From Camelus ferus (Eukaryota), in the NCBI RefSeq assembly GCF_009834535.1, contig NC_045697.1, positions 39,868,001-39,932,000 on the forward strand: a stretch of DNA of 64,000 bases. The letters are read 5' to 3'. A program made the translations under genes and the position numbers. The notes under the pieces are model-generated. The model did no database searches and was not told the DNA's origin. It saw only the letters and a program-made list of their open reading frames with translations. Positions within the stretch are counted from its first letter, which is position 1; every line of letters begins with the position of its first letter. Below, one piece after another: positions 61,717 through 64,000 of the stretch.

Positions 61717-62741
61717 CGTTGGAGGAGGTAATCAAGAGGATGTGATTGCCCACTAACCCTCACGCTGGACCTGGGCGATCAAAGGCTCCTCACCCACTCC
61801 CCTGTGTTTGGAATGTACCGTCTGTCCTGTCCACCGTGGGAGCTGTTCCAAGGATGCAGCCTTGAGAGAGTAAGCTGTTGCTGAGACCATCTGGACAGTA
61901 TACGTGACTGAACCCAGCAGTTAATGCCACTATATAAACTTCAAGATTCTGGTGGCTGGGTGCAGAGATCTACTCATCTTGTGGCCACCCAAGACAAGCC
62001 TCGTAAGTAAGCTCCCTTGCTTATTAAAACTGCCACCTTCTAATCTGGAGTGGCCTGCCTCTTTCTTCAATCTTCGCTTGTCCTCTGAGCACAGGGACTG
62101 AAGGAGAAATAATAAAATGGCCACACTTAGGCTAACAAATTCGTGGCTTTATGCTTACTGCTTGCTTTTAGAACAATCAACAAACCTGACTGCCCAGCCC
62201 CAGGCCCACCGATAAAGCAAAAGTTGTTGATACTACTGTTCGATTTTACCTTACTCTGATAATTACAATCATGTTTGGCGTTTGAGTCATTCCCCAGGAA
62301 GGGAGTCCACAGGACGATCACCACAGGAGAATGACCAGACCCCCCAGAGTTCCTCCGTAGCACCGGATGAGTCTGACCAGATATAGAAGGTCATGGGTTG
62401 ATGACCTTCCAGATCACCGGGAAGTCCCATGAAATCAGACAGACTCATCAAGACTTAGGAGGAAGTTTCATCAGTGACCCTTGTTGATTACCTCCTTTTA
62501 TGCTCCCACCTGCTGTTATCACCTTTCATGCCTCAACCTGTTCATCTATATAATTACTAAGCCCCAACCCCAAGACGGTTCATAGTTTTGAAGGCACTAG
62601 CCTGCTGTGAGTCCCCTTTGCCCGGCAAAGCAATAAAGCTGCCTCTTTTCTTCTAAGCCCTAAGACCTTGTCTCTGAGTTATTTGGCTCGTCAGGGACGG
62701 GGGCCAATATTTCATCAAGAGGGCCAGTTTTTGAACCAATG
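61717..62741 (+). mobile_element. Solo LTR interrupted by a second LTR
   Basis: Termini CGTTGG...CCAATG, flanks GCTTA/GCATA, TATATAAA at 61931, ATTAAA near 62023. Confidence 0.65.
62099..62717 (+). mobile_element. Solo LTR nested in the previous LTR
   Basis: TGA...TCA termini, TATATAA near 62547, AATAAA at 62632-62637. Confidence 0.7.
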
Positions 62742-63167
62742 GCATATTAATTCTTTCTAACAGATCTTGGGTACTCTTAACTGTGAGTATCTACCTCAAC
62801 ATGTCGTAAAGGTTAGTAAGATGATACATGCAACAATCAACCGGGAGTACTGGATATGACTATTATTACATTAAAGTTCTTACAATTTGTTTTTTCATAT
62901 GTCGACATCTGTGGAACGCTAGTAGGCGTAAATGAGAAAATAGTGTCACAGAGTCAGATAACTTTGAAAAAAATAGTGTCAAAAAAGCTAATTTCTTTTG
63001 GTGTGTGACATCATAGAATCTTTGATTTACTTTTATGCATCATGACTCCATAATGTTCCCAAAGCTGCTTAACCCTTTTTCATGGAGCATTCTGTGACAC
63101 TAATGTTTCTTAGGACTCACACTGGGAAGAGCACCTGAAGTCATCTCCCACACCCCCTAAATAGTTA

Positions 63168-63332
63168 TTTTTAAAATATCCTTAATTTTGTTTGTTTGTT
63201 TGTTTGTGGGGATTTTTTGGGGGGAGGTGGAGGTAATTAGTTTTGGAGGTTTTTTAATGGTGGTACTGGGGATTGAACCCAGGACCTCCTGCATGCTAAG
63301 CACGCACTCTACCACTGAGCTATACCTGCTCC
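63168..63332 (-). mobile_element. tRNA-derived SINE, Vic-1-like (long-tailed form)
   Basis: Reverse complement TATAGCTCAGTGGTAGAG...GGTTCAATCCCCAGTACC...CTAATTACC with (AAAC)n tail. Confidence 0.85.
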
Positions 63333-63434
63333 AAATATAGTTGATAACACTTACTATTCTTACTTTTTTATGTTGAACATAAAAACAGTTTCTATCGCAT
63401 ATTAAGGAACCCTCTTCCCCCTTTCCCTTCCAAA

Positions 63435-63880
63435 TGTAGGGACCTAAACGGTATGAAGGGGACTTTAAACTGGAGACATTTGAGATACACCTGATGCACA
63501 AAGGAGCCTACCGAGCTCTCCTCATTTGACTGAAGGCAGAGTGTGAAGCAGCTATAAATTCCCTCCTGAGTGGGTGGGCAAGCAAGCTTCTCGGCCAGGA
63601 AGACCATACATCTGCACTTGGATGAGAAATGACATCAACGAACTATCACAAGCTATCCTAGCTTCCATTTGTCCCCCTAAAAGCCCATCTGTCTCCCTGA
63701 AAAGTCCATTTGTTTTCCCACAGAAGCCCTTCCTCCTCCTTCCCTAAAGTTGGTATATTAACCCTCATCCCTAGCTACTCTGCATGAGTAACTTTTACCC
63801 TGTTAATCTGTCTATTGTTAGCTGATAGGTCCTCAAATATATGAACCTAAACTGGTAGAGGGGAAGTTCTCCTCCCAACA
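63435..63880 (+). mobile_element. MER34/39-like solo LTR
   Basis: TGTAGGG...CCCAACA termini, flanks CAAA/CAAC, CTGTTAATCTGTCTATTGTTAG motif. Confidence 0.65.
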
Positions 63881-64000
63881 CAACCCAGAATCACAGAACA
63901 TGAAATTAAAATGGACCTTAAAGGTAAACTCAATTTATAGGTTAAAAAAAACATGGCCCAAGGAGAATAAGGGATGAATCAGTAGCAGATTCATCTCAAC

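Noticed and set aside
59574..62741. Possible intact provirus between the LTRs
   Set aside because: The LTRs do not resemble each other, no primer-binding site or gag/pol/env sequence follows them, and a host exon lies between.
1..64000. CRISPR arrays, rRNA, operons or foreign non-mammalian inserts
   Set aside because: No regular repeat-spacer array, rRNA-like sequence or long intronless coding block was seen.

Overview
Mammalian genomic DNA, probably camelid (alpaca/llama/camel, inferred from five Vic-1-like tRNA-derived SINEs). It holds two tandem, minus-strand, interferon-inducible HECT E3 ligase paralogues. HERC6 exons 12-23 run from 60497 to the stop at 39705; its 5' half lies beyond the right edge. 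HERC5 exons 1-20 run from the ATG at 35155 to 685; its last exons lie beyond the left edge. I spliced all 32 exons by hand: every one has GT-AG boundaries, phases are consistent and no internal stops appear, so both genes look intact in the window. HERC5 has a CpG-island promoter with a tandem GAAA (ISRE/IRF) array. Introns are rich in L1, L2, MIR, MaLR/ERV LTRs and DNA transposon relics. I see no convincing new biological system. The best leads are an L1 fragment shared by the paralogous intron 18 of both genes, a 15-bp triplication in HERC5 exon 1, the promoter ISRE architecture, a read-through junction that creates a stop, and a nested LTR pile. Repeat family names and comparisons to human proteins come from memory, not database searches. 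Exon numbering follows the HERC5 exons counted here.
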